64,000 nt of DNA, from assembly GCA_030295235.1 (NCBI GenBank), contig AP026142.1, positions 310,001-374,000 of the forward strand. The letters are read 5' to 3'. The position numbers and the translations under genes are program-made. Below are positions 1 through 11,938 of this stretch, piece after piece. The first letter of the stretch is position 1; each line of letters starts with the position of its first letter. This stretch comes from Fistulifera solaris. Lineage: Eukaryota. The notes beneath the pieces were generated by a model. The model did no database searches, was not told the DNA's origin, and saw nothing but the letters and a program-made list of their open reading frames with translations.

Positions 1-730
1 TGTCCCGCCGCATAGCCCGCGACATCGTTTCGTACTAAAATTTGTCGATTGCGATAATCCTTCCGGCTCGTTGGAGTCGTCCGTAGTATCAACCGATGTG
101 TCCCGAACAAAAACGCAAACACGTCGATCGCCGTCTGACAGGATCCTCCATGCAATTCCATCACCGGAAGATCCAAAGTCTGAGTCAAATGATACGCCGC
201 CGAAAGTTTACTCAGACGATGTCCCAAACCAAATTGTGCGACATAATACAATCGATTCACTTCTTCCTTCATCAATGGGTCATTGTGCGTTGAAATGTCC
301 CAACGCGCCAGGAAAGAATATTGCGCAAACGTCAAAACAGCCACGCAACCACTCAGGACAGTGGCCGCCGCCGTGCGTCCTGATACCATGATCCTACTGC
401 TATTTCATTCTTCCTGTCTTTGCGGAAGGAAAGCACAACGAATAATTATTTATAAATAAAAGAAAAGAAAAAAAGAAATCATCACAACCAAAGGCAGAAG
501 CGGATTTGTTGACAACCTCCTGCTATTACGTATTCATACTACAGCAAAAAGGGAACGACGTGCAAAAAGTAATGCAAAGGGGCACCTGGGTGTGCGGTCG
601 ACGGGAAGACAACACGGTAGATTGCATGATTATTATTACTCCGTTCATTTCTCTTTTTTTTGCTTTCTATAATATTATTTGTTATTTCAACCGGAGGTCA
701 TTTTCATTATTTCAGAATCATCGATTAACA

Positions 731-2943
731 ATGGATTCTTCTTGTTCTTCCCTACAACGACTGTTAACTCCCGAACAAGCCACTGCGGCGTGTGATACAT
801 GGCGTCAATTCTACGAACAGGTCTGGTTGCCCTTGCACATTCCGACGAGGACCGTCTGGCAGCAAGCCTGGTGGCTCGCCGTACAAGATACCCGCGAGGC
901 TACGGCCAGTAGTGTTCATTTTTGGATGTTGACGTTACGACCGTTTGTGCTGTTCGTGCGCATGACACTGCAATGGATACTACAAATCATTTGGAAGTAT
1001 GTCATTGTGAAAGGCATTTCGCAACAAGGTGTACATTATGTCAAGACAGCGGCTCGACGTTGGTATCGATGGCAGCGGTCTTTGACACGCGAACAATTGG
1101 TGATGGAATTGGTTCTAATCGTCTTGGTGCTGGCTCTTTATTATTTGCACCGTTTCTTGCAACGACAAACCTATTTTCAGAGACTATCGGCGTGGGTTCG
1201 AGCCAAAATGCGTGTGTTGCAACTCTACTACGACCGATCGAAGCGTGCGACTGCCAAGGTACGTACGTTGGTGTGATGGTATTATTTTGTTGGAAACGAT
1301 AGAAGTACTTTGGCACCCAATGTCGATCCTTATTATTTCGGGGATGTTCATCCGTGACTCGCTTATTCGGGAGCGAGCGCGCATGTCACCTTTGTATATC
1401 TGTACTTATACGTTTGGGCTTGTGAATTTTCCGTTGCAAGTGTCGCTTCTCCTAAGTAACTCCGTCGACCCGAATGTTCACCATCGCGAAAAGCGCATCC
1501 TTTTGGTTTCATTATTGTTTTCGATCATCTTCACTCAAACTTCAAATTGTATTCTTGGAACAGGCCTATGAACGCACTGTACGGAAAATTGCCACAACAT
1601 CACTGCGATTGGCTGTCATGATGCCTCATTTGCTGTTTTGGGGATTTGCGGCGGTGACCAAATGGTTATTACCGTCCTTGTTTCAGTGGCTCGCGTGTGA
1701 TACGGCCCTCCTTCCCGTTTTAAGGTTATGGTATCCTGTCACGGCGACCCTTTTGTTGTTGCACGACATGAAATTAGTCAATCAACAACAGCTCAAAACA
1801 ATAGCCAGTACTGCTACACGAACGCCCCAGCGGAAAACATCGTCGTCGACGCCTCGGACGCCACTGTTGCGCATGTTTCCCCGAACGACTCCCGCCTCGG
1901 AACCCCGAAAACGTCGAGAAGTGAACGAAATGAAGGAGCGCGAAACATATTGGCTCCAATTTTGGTTGACGAATGCGGCATTTTTGTGCGGAAAAGGTGT
2001 TTGGCAGGCGTTGCCCTTTCTTGCGAAATTGGTGAACCGAAGATGGATATTGCAATTCGAACTCTTGTTGTATATTTGGGTCTTTGTCATGCCATATTTG
2101 TTGCCTCAAATTGCCCATGCACCCGAAGGAAAACCGTTGGCCTTATTGGAACCACGCATTCGTCGTGTAGCGCGTACTGTGTACCAATCGACACAGCTGT
2201 TTTCGGATGCATGGTGGGAAACGTGGGTGTTACGTCCTTTGACTACCACATTGAATCTCCTAGTTACGTTGCGCATGCTGTCCCGACCCTTTGCCGATGA
2301 ATTACGAAACGTGGTTACGCAGAGCAAGGCGCTTCTGTTGCCTTCCTTGTCTTTGTTCATGCCCCGATTTCTCTCCATCTTTGGTTTATTGTTTGTTCAG
2401 TATGTGCTTCCGTTGTATCAACAATCGACCTTGCGGCACGAAGGGATGCTCCGGTATTGGGTGATTCATATTTTATTGAGTGCCATCACACAAGCCACAG
2501 ATGCCATTTTGTGGTGGATTCCATTGTCACGTGTTGTTATCTTTGTGGCGTTTGTGGTGATTGGGACTTTCCCAGCGGCAGTGGATCTGTGTATCCGCAT
2601 GATATTGTATGATTTGGAAGTCTTTCGCTTGCTTCCCTCGACGGAAGAACAACCAGAAAATAGTTCTTGGGCCTCGCGGGGAGTTCATGCGTTATTGGAG
2701 CGTTTGCCGAAAGCTAAGGAGGATCCATTGACTCCAGCCAAGGAGGAAGAAAACAGGAATGCTGCACATGGCGCATCTCTTCCTTTTATAGATTCGGATG
2801 AAGAACAAGACGATGCCGTTTTATATGCGTCCTCAGAAGATGAACCCTATTCGAGCTCCGAGAGAAGCCACACGACAGAGGAAAATAAGCCGATGTCGAA
2901 AAGAAATCTCCCAAGCGCTCACGAACCAAAGCAAACGGTGTAG
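731..2943 (+). CDS. Multi-pass membrane protein, possibly with TB2/DP1/HVA22 (REEP)-like segments; 2 exons (intron 1259..1563)
   Basis: ATG at 731; donor AAG|GTACGT at 1259 and acceptor CAG at 1563 join ORFs 506..1276 and 1474..2943 in frame. 'YWLQFW' and 'LRYWVI...WWIPL' motifs resemble HVA22-type hairpins; acidic tail. Confidence 0.6.
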
Positions 2944-3104
2944 TAGGCAAGGAGAATGATGGTAACGTCCGACGGTCCGGGAGACAGCGTACACGAACGG
3001 AGCGTCTTGCCTCATGAGCGGACTTGTCCGAACATTATAATTCATAACACTAGCACACACTCAAGAGAAACGCTAAATAGGGCGTATGTTCCAATAATTT
3101 AAGG

Positions 3105-6100
3105 TTACATGGCGTATCCATTTGTAGCGTGTTGAAAAACGTCGTAGAGATACGTACCAAAGTGTTGCCGCGACCTGCGAATCAGTTTCAATGCCCTAGC
3201 TTTAACTTGGCTATCCGGGACGTCGATCATCAATCGTTTTTGGAAGTTGGTAAGAGCTTTACCATCGCCGTACCTGCTCCCAGAGAAACAAGGATAGTTG
3301 CTCTTGTACATCATAATTTCCACTAACCCCAAGGCAATCTGTGAATTTTTGCGAGCCACTTCAATTCCTGCCACAAAAAGCCTCTCGAATTCCTTATAAC
3401 AATCTGAGCCAACTCCGCCGAGTACTTCGACATATTCCTTTGTAAACTTAAAGGGAGCTCGCTCGAAACTGAACTCATGACCAGGTGCCATTCCAAGTGC
3501 AAAACCGAAATCAATATGTATCAATCGGCCTTTTGTATCGATCATAATGTTTCCGTTGTGGCGGTCTTTTAGTCCCAGCAGATAAGAGACAATAGCATAG
3601 CCAGCTAAACTTTGCATGAAATTAGTCTGTGCCGTGATAAATGACTTTGACTTGGGATCACCGTACACCATTTCAAAATACTTCCTCAGTCCGCCTTCTT
3701 TTGGATAGCCTTCCGCCTTCTTGAGTCCATCAAGAGAAGTCGCATCAACTAATACTTCGAGCAGTCCGGTTCTGCTGCTAACACTAAGAATGCGATAAGT
3801 TTTCAACCATAGTGGTAGCCCAGCTTTAGCGAAAACAGATTTGTAGTAGTGAATCATTTGCATGACAAAAACTTCCTGTCGTAAGTCATCATTCGATTTC
3901 GACATGCACGACGCAATTTCCAGCTGAATCATTTCGTCATCTTCCGTCCCCATTTCCTTCTTGGTAGACTCGAGCATTTGTGCTGATTTCTCGGCAAAGG
4001 AAACACCACTACAGACAAACTGTTTCGCACGCTGCATTGCTTCGGCGTCGATGTCGTAGTTTTCGAGATCAGCGAGCACAATTTTATCTCGGATCAAGAT
4101 GCTGCTGCGTTCTACAGCGATGGATTTCTCTCCAACGGAAACACAATCCGCTTCAGAAATTCTAGCAGCCTCGTCCAAGATTGGCACAGTATCTTGTAAA
4201 TGGGTTTGCAAATCCATTACGCTCACTGATTTCCGCCTTTGATCTTGGTCCTTCATGCGTTTGGCAAGCTTGGGGGTAGTGTAACTACGTTATCTCGAAG
4301 AAGGAGTTGCACCAGGCGATTGCCTTTCTTGGTGGATTGGGGGGCTTGCGAAGCAAAATCACCCTTCTTGGCTTTAAATGAAATTCCCGGTGTAGGTGCG
4401 TCCTGATCCTCCTCATCCCAAATACTTAGTTTCGGGTTGCTTCCACTTTCTTGCGTCCTGTAACTCATTTCCGGCTTTTCGTCAACAGATTTATGTTGCT
4501 GCTCATCCTCGCCGTTCGCTTCCTTTTCCGATTCGATAATACTTTCCTCCGTATCATGGGTGACGTCAAAATACGAGTGCATGTATTCAGCAACATCGCA
4601 ATTGGGCTCCGTTCGAATCGTGTTACTGCGTCTCACTCCAGTGTTTCGATGCAACTCACCGCGTTTGGTAAGAAAGTGCATAATTACAGGACATCGTTCT
4701 TTTGTGTTGAATACTCGCGTGTGCTTTGGAAGAGGTGATGCAACACGTCGCCACGTGTGAGTCGAGTTGCACAACGGAAGGTAAACTGCAGGTGGAATTT
4801 GCAATGCGGTAACTTTTTGAGGGGCGAGTATTTTCCGGTCCGACCGATCACATTCGCGTAGCTCTTCTGCCAAACCTGTTAAAGCTTGTACAAACAAACG
4901 TTCGTTCTGAAAGAACTCATATCGCTCGAGTTGAGCTTGAGTAAGGTCACCTTTCAGAGTAGCTTCATCGATGCGTTTCGGAAAGTCATTGACGCTGCCC
5001 TCCATTTCATCTCCCTTCAGTTTTTCATCACTGGCTGCATTAGCTCTACCTGACCGAGTCAACGCATTGTGGAATAAGGAAGATGTGTCGGCCTCTTCTT
5101 TCATGCGCCGCAACCACAACTTCGCCTCTTCGGGCTTCGGAAACCGCAATCGAAACTGGTAGGACCGGGTGACCACCAGGAGTGTCATGGATTGGTCTTG
5201 CAAAGAACCTGTCGTATCATGAGAAATCACTGCCCGTTCTAAACTCATCGCACGGTCCAGAGTGAGCTTTCCTTGACAACAATCCCCCGCCGCCTTGTAA
5301 CAATTTAAGACGTGCCGGTCGAGCGTGCAGTACCGTTGTACCCATAGCGTGTCGAGTTTTTCGGGTTGTTTTCCCTTGATCGGCAAGGGTGTGGGCATTT
5401 GCACGGAAGTCCAACCATCCAACTTTGGCTCACTGGAGTAATCACCCGTATCCGGCTCATCCTCTGTAATTTGTAAGGCATTGAATCGACGATCCGCTTG
5501 CTCTAAAATAATCAATTCCTTCTGCGTAATCTTTCCCTGTTCGTAGAGCCGTTGCAATGTCGCGGCCCGCGGTTTTCCGTACACCACACACCGTTCGACA
5601 TTTCGTAACAGATTCAAGCAGCGGTTATAGACTACAGGATCGTAGTTGGGATTGGGTACACCACCAATCGCTGCAGGTCCTTCTCCTTCAAAATCGGGAG
5701 GGAGTTCGGGCTGATAATCTTCCAAGGCACCCTGCAAGATCCAATTGAGCTGAAGAGCAAAATGCAACGATTGTTGGGCAATCACTAAGGTCAGACGCTC
5801 GAGGACGGCATCGTCCCAGTCGACCTCGAGATGGATGATCATGTGCGCCAACTGGGGCAGATAAAATTCGATCCCATCAAAGACGTGCCGGGAACCTGCA
5901 AACTGTCGTTCCAGCGAAATGAGAAACGCTGTCTGTTTATTTTACAAAAGTAACACCGACCCTGACGTACCTTGGAAATGAACCGCGCCATGAACGTAAT
6001 GACGGAGGGATCATCGCGGAATTGCCACAACAACATGACCACTTTCTCCATCGGTACTTTGTCGCTGGATTCGGAACCGAGAACTTCCTCCACCAAACTA

Positions 6101-6192
6101 AAAGATGGTTTAGACAGCAGCACGTCAAGAGTTTTTTTGAAGACGAGGACGTACCGATTTTTGAAAACTTCGTGTTCATCGTAAATGTTCAT
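3105..6192 (-). CDS. PI4K: Phosphatidylinositol 4-kinase (type III beta-like) with internal PH-like domain
   Basis: DGIEFYLPQL helical motif, 'VYLPL...VFNTKERCP', KSNDDLRQE, LGLKDRHNGN, IHIDFGF, FERAPFK. Intron 5896..5970; apparent frameshifts near 5890 and 4270. True start uncertain. Confidence 0.92.
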
Positions 6193-6961
6193 CTTTCGAA
6201 GGGTCTATAAAGAAAAAATTGCTACAAAGATTGATTTTTTCTCGATGCCGGGAGAATCTTATTTTCTTCCTAGTATTCACAATCGAACACCGATACGAGA
6301 ATGTCGCGTGATCGGACGGGAAGATAAAGATTCAATACGAATCTTAGCTGGAACGAGATCAAAATGACTCCTCGGAAAGGATTTGTATCTTTTACCGAGG
6401 CTGCCGGCTCGAAAAGGTTACCACTTCCAGATGCTTTCCCACAAGATAAACGACGCTTTTGCTTCACAGAGAAAAGAAACAAGATCAACGGAGAGTCACA
6501 GCCGACGAATATCAATCTCAATGATTGACGATGTGGTCTCTTTTTTCCGCTCTTGCGTCGCAATGCGGTGTTTTGCGAGTTTTTGTCCTACGTGCGATCT
6601 CTACTACGAGCTCGAGTATGGTTGGTACAGTGGACGTGCGTGTGAATCTGGTACTGGCATTGTTTCAGAATCTGGAATTCGGAAAAGCATCGTCGTTGCA
6701 ATTTCATACATTTAAAATTCCATAGCTGCAACCCTAGTATACCCACGAAATGCCGACCGTTGAACTTCAAAATTTCCTTTCCCATTCCTTCGAAACACAA
6801 AACTCGACGGGAGGTATTGGCCATTCGCCAAAAATGGGTCGATCTTGATCTTGTACAATCGACAACAAATGAATCATTTGATACACGGGAACAGGACAAC
6901 TCAAGAATGAATGAGGATCGCCACCACACATATTGTGCTTATTGCACCACAAGAAAGCAAA

Positions 6962-7843
6962 ATGGCAAACTATTACGCTATTGACGATCAGATCAGCTTG
7001 CCGGAACTGTCGGATGATGAATACTCGTTGCCCTTGAACGAAATTCACGTCCTGGAACAGGATTCGGTCAGTGATGTAGGTGGTGGTAGCTTTGTGGCGA
7101 CGTCAATTGAGGACCAACTTCTCAACGAACTTCTCGGGGAAGTGGGACGTGCGAAGGAAGAAGCCAAGCAACACTCGTATCATCCACGAAAAACGGCCGT
7201 CTCGGATGGCACATCCGTGACTTACGAGAGTGGAAGTGACGGTGATCCCCAGTTGGGAAGAGAACTCACCATTCGTCCGGGTCGTGAAGATAGTGAAGAA
7301 GAAGAAAGCAACGAACAAGAGTCCTGTTCTTCCGAATCTAGCGATGCCACCCAAACCTTGCTCGATCGGGCACACGAAAGAATCGCTATGCAAAGATTAC
7401 ACGAAGAGATTGAGCGTCTACACGACGTTGTGGATCAAAAGAATGAAGAGATTGAAAAACTGGCGGGCCAACTGCGTCAAGCCGTGGAAACGAAATGTGA
7501 TTTGGTGATTGCTCACACGGAATTAGAACGACATCATGCATTCAATCTCGCTTGCAAAAAGAAGGATGTGTCGGCATTGAAAGAGGAAAACCGGACTCTT
7601 CAGGAAAAGCGGACGGAAGCCGAATTGACCCTTCTGAATGAGCTGGTCCAGCTCACCGATGCCATGAAAGAAGCCGAAAAAGCTCATCAACAAGAACTGG
7701 ATGATTGGGAACGACTTCATCGCAATGAGATGTTGGAAAAGGATTTTCAGATTGCGCAATTGTCCGAGGAACTCCGCAAATTAAGTGGTTTGCGACATGT
7801 CCCGCACAGAACTGGTTTGGAAGTTTTATTTGGAATGGGTTAG
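6962..7843 (+). CDS. Hypothetical coiled-coil protein with acidic N-terminus
   Basis: Long ORF, ATG at 6962; heptad E/K/L-rich C-terminal half. Confidence 0.7.
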   Translation: MANYYAIDDQISLPELSDDEYSLPLNEIHVLEQDSVSDVGGGSFVATSIEDQLLNELLGEVGRAKEEAKQHSYHPRKTAVSDGTSVTYESGSDGDPQLGRELTIRPGREDSEEEESNEQESCSSESSDATQTLLDRAHERIAMQRLHEEIERLHDVVDQKNEEIEKLAGQLRQAVETKCDLVIAHTELERHHAFNLACKKKDVSALKEENRTLQEKRTEAELTLLNELVQLTDAMKEAEKAHQQELDDWERLHRNEMLEKDFQIAQLSEELRKLSGLRHVPHRTGLEVLFGMG

Positions 7844-8647
7844 GCTTGGCGACAATACGATGCAAGGCGTTTATTTCAATTCCTGGAGCGAATATCGGTA
7901 GATACTTTGTAGGTAGAAAAGAAAGATGATGTACTGTGTATATTAATGTGATTGCTAGGTCGATAGTCTGGCTTGGGGCTCCATATTTATCGCACTAGCG
8001 CCACTATGGGCTTTGACATATTTACTGCTATGTGTTGTCTTCGAGCATCCTACTTAGTATAGGTTTTTACTTCCGGCTTTGGCATGTTTTCTTTCGGGAA
8101 ACATGGTGGCTGCGTGTCAGAAGTCAGAAATTGTTTGCGAAATTTGACACCACCCGGGTGTCACGTCAGCTTGACAAGGTGACGTGATTACGTCGGCAGA
8201 AGCGATGGGACGAAGCCGTCAGTCACGCCATTTTTCATTCATTCTGGTTCACGGATTAGTACTTGTTGTTCTAGTGTTACTTATACAAGACTCACTCAGT
8301 CACTTTCCGGCCGTCATTGCTAGTCTCATCGTCTGTCGTCGTCATTCGCACGTTTGATACTATCGAACAAACTGTAGTTCGGAAAATGAATCAGACCCGT
8401 TCACCCCCGCGTTCTGGAAAGTTGAACGTAGCTTTTTGCAACTTCACCTCGACGTTTCCGACTTCCACTCGTCAAACGCAATTTTATTTTGCCAACAACA
8501 AGAATAACAAAAAATCAATCTCTTATGACAACCCTGACACCCTTTTAAAGATAACAATACATTTTGTCTTCTACATTGTGATCTGCCTCAATCTATAATT
8601 AAAAAGAAAAGAAGGAGCAGTCACTTAATGTTAATTTCACCATCGGG

Positions 8648-11605
8648 GTGAGAAACGAAAGAATGAGGACGCGGTCGAGTCGGTTTTTTGTGATTCTGCT
8701 TCATCTTGTGGGAGTTTGTCATCACAATTCTCCTTCCATCAAAAGTCCATCATCAGGGTTAGTGGGGGTCAATCCTTGGCCCGTGCATCTAGAAACGGTA
8801 GTACTTTCTAGCTATGAAGAGGATTTGTGTGTCAAGGACGATGTCACACACTTTGAGCTGCTTTGGCTCCAAGATCAAAGCGATCAATTATGCTTAGGAC
8901 CAACTGGTTTGTTTGCTGAATGCGGGGATACAACTTTATGGCTTGTTCGAAAACACGAACTTATAAGGCAACGAAGGGGGCTGCTTCTTTCATCACTCTT
9001 TGGAGCTTCACTTGATGGTCAAACCAACAAGAAAGAGCCCACAGTAGGATACACCTTCCAAGTGGTCGATCACGATATCTCCGAGGCAACAGAACGTACG
9101 CAACAAAAACCCGGCAACCAAAACAGAGCAGATTGCCTTGGCCAAAACACGGATGAAGTCACCATCGCGAAATGCAATGCCTCATGGAGATCAACGCCTG
9201 CTTTATCGAATATCTGGTTGATCAATCAACAAGGCATACTCCAGAGTTCCAGGAAACGATCGGGGTTGTTTGGAGGCAAAGCTTCTCATGATAGTGATCG
9301 GACTTGTTTACAAAGAGTGAATGAAACAAATGCGATGTTAGTATCCTGTGCAGAAGATACAAATTTCGTTCAGTTTGAATTCGTCAGATACAAAGCTACA
9401 ACCGTGCCGAATGGGTGTGTTACACTTGAAGGAAAAGCATCGGGCATTCTTTTATATGCTACTCAACAAAGAACAAAGATCGGAACAAAGGCCCCGGCGC
9501 GAAAAAGTTACTCCTCAGCTACCAAGAACGAAAGACGATTACCAAAGAGACCTCGGCAGTCGACTCAATCAAACCGATCCGTGATAAGGCGCACAGCCTT
9601 GCTTCAGAACCTGTTATGCATCCAGAACTAAAATTATCTACTCAACTTTTGTTCACCGGACGAAAACTAAAGTCGCAAGGCAGCGAGTCACAGCGAATTT
9701 CCCCTTTTGCGCTATTGAAGGATACAAATCCGATTTTATTAATGTCGGGCCTACCGAAGGGGGGGGTCGAAGGGACGGGAAACCTCTCAACCGGCATATC
9801 TATCATCGATGATTCACCGTTCGGAAGATACAGGTGACGAAAAAACCATGAAACTGCAACAAATTCGAACACATCCTTACATAGAGAAAGCAAAGAATGA
9901 AGTTTGGACTGATCCAAAAACAGGATTGGACTATTTAACCGACCTCCGCCAGTATCTGGGGTTTGAGAAGAAGGAGCACGGTCGTCACACCCTAATGGGT
10001 GTTGGTCAATACATAAAAGGATACGTGGTAAAAGTATATGGTGTGGCCTTCTACGTATCCAAGAACGATGTATTGGCTGATCCGACGTTTGCGAGATATG
10101 CTACCTTGTCGGCGGACGAACTGAGAGGGCGTCCTGACTTCTACGAGCATTTGCAGCGAATGAATTTACAAGGCGATGGCAAAGCTGGGCGTTTCGATAG
10201 GACCTTGCTACTCAAGACCAATATGCAGCTCTCCACAGAGACAATGCGCTCTAGCCTGGGCGCGGACTGGTCCATGTTAACGGATGAAGCGAAGGAAACG
10301 CTCGCCGACTCTAGTCTTAAGCCCAGGCCCGCCGATGAACATATGCTCCGGTTGATCGAGAGTCAGGAAAACCCGAGTCGATGTTCATGCTCCCAAGTAG
10401 CACCAGCAGAATATGATGCTGACCCAAATTGTTGCGCAAGAGGGACCGAAGTCGCCTTTACGTGGCGGAAGAACGGTAATTTCGAGGTATGTATCTTGTC
10501 TATTTTAATAGGAATGTTAGTTCCACGTGCTAAACTATCTTTTATTCAAGGTTCGATTGAACGGAAGGTTGATGGATACATTCGCGCGACCTGATATGGC
10601 TGAAGGCATTTTTACGAATATCTTCGCTATGACGACCCCATATCTCCGGATCTGCGTGACCATGTCGTCGACGGTTTTCCGTTCTTACTTGGACCTTTTG
10701 CACAGGTCCGGGGTATCCACATTGGTCACCACGCATCGACCAAGGACACTGCAGAGAACCCTCTATTTAAAGTTCTTGCCAGTTTCGCAGCAGCCACATC
10801 TTCAGCGGCGTCAGATTGGCTTGATGCCACTCATCGTGGCTTCAATCAAATGGTGGGAGAGGCAAAAGGTCACCTGGAAACTATGAAGCAAGAAATGCAC
10901 AAGGCTTCTGACGAGTTTCATCGTCGTCGTGAGCAAACCATGAAGCAGATTGTTTCGATGCCTCAATCATTTATGAATTTTATAATACGAGGCAATGGTT
11001 ACGTCGAAGATTTGTCGATTTTGGTCGAACAAAACATTACACCGGTGGAAGCTACAGACGGAAAACGAGAGCCTATGGGAAGATACTTTGGATACCCCCT
11101 TTCGCGATGGATAGGAGATTCTTACTACCACGCATCAGATGAAATTGGGCCCATGCGAGTTCATCCGAAAATGAATAGGACCAGACAAGCCTTCCTTGCC
11201 CTTGTGCATCTTTACCTGCTATTGCTTTTCATTGTCAGCTTCCCAGGGTCATACTCAACAAAAACAAAGATATTAATTCGCAAAAGCATGAATCGCGAAT
11301 ATTCACTTCAAAGCATGAATTCTTCACAGGATCTCGATCAATCGAGTGACGGAGACGACAGTGATAATTGCGGGATACCAATCAGCACATCGCAGGTACA
11401 GCAGGCAAAGGGACACTTACTGTACCGAAAATGTGCGCAACCCAATTTGGCGCCATCGTCTGCAAAAGCGACCTTTCTTCGTCGTGCTCAACAAGCGCTG
11501 CGGCCCACTCACTCTGAAGATCTGCCGTCGGAGCAAAACGTTGATGGCTCTTCTCCTAGTGCATCGAATTCATTGAAACAGAAAAGTTTGAGCTATTTCT
11601 TGTAA
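8648..11605 (+). CDS. Protein with ricin-B-like N-terminal region, chalcone-isomerase-fold (FAP/Aim18-like) domain and C-terminal TM helix
   Basis: Stitched from ORFs 8648..9631, 9616..9837, 9809..10594, 10527..10886 and 10850..11605 (frameshifts; intron 10487..10550). 'GVG..VKVYGVAFYV', 'GTEVAFTW...EVRLNG...AEGIF.EYL...PISP' match the CHI fold. Start codon uncertain. Confidence 0.65.
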
Positions 11606-11938
11606 ACCGACTCTCCGGAGGCCCTCGGCTCCTCCTCCATTCTCCTGTATACCAAACACACACGCTTGGCGTACTAAATTCGCTCTGTGTGCCCAATGGC
11701 AGCGTGATTTTGTCGATTACTACGTATTCGAAATAAACTTTTCTTCAAGCTCCGAAAGGACGGCTTTCTCTGATGAAGAATGAAGGCTCATGAAAGGAAA
11801 GAAATTGGTAGCATTCAACTCATGTAACTAATAATAACTTAGAACGCCCTCTCTTCCTACGACTGCTGCAAGAATATATTAATAACGAGATAGTAACAAG
11901 ACGCAGTACGTGTTACAGGCGATAGACATAATACTGTT

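Noticed and set aside
9835..9837. In-frame TGA as possible selenocysteine or readthrough (also ~34679)
   Set aside because: The conserved sequence continues in a different frame, so an indel is needed; no SECIS recognised.
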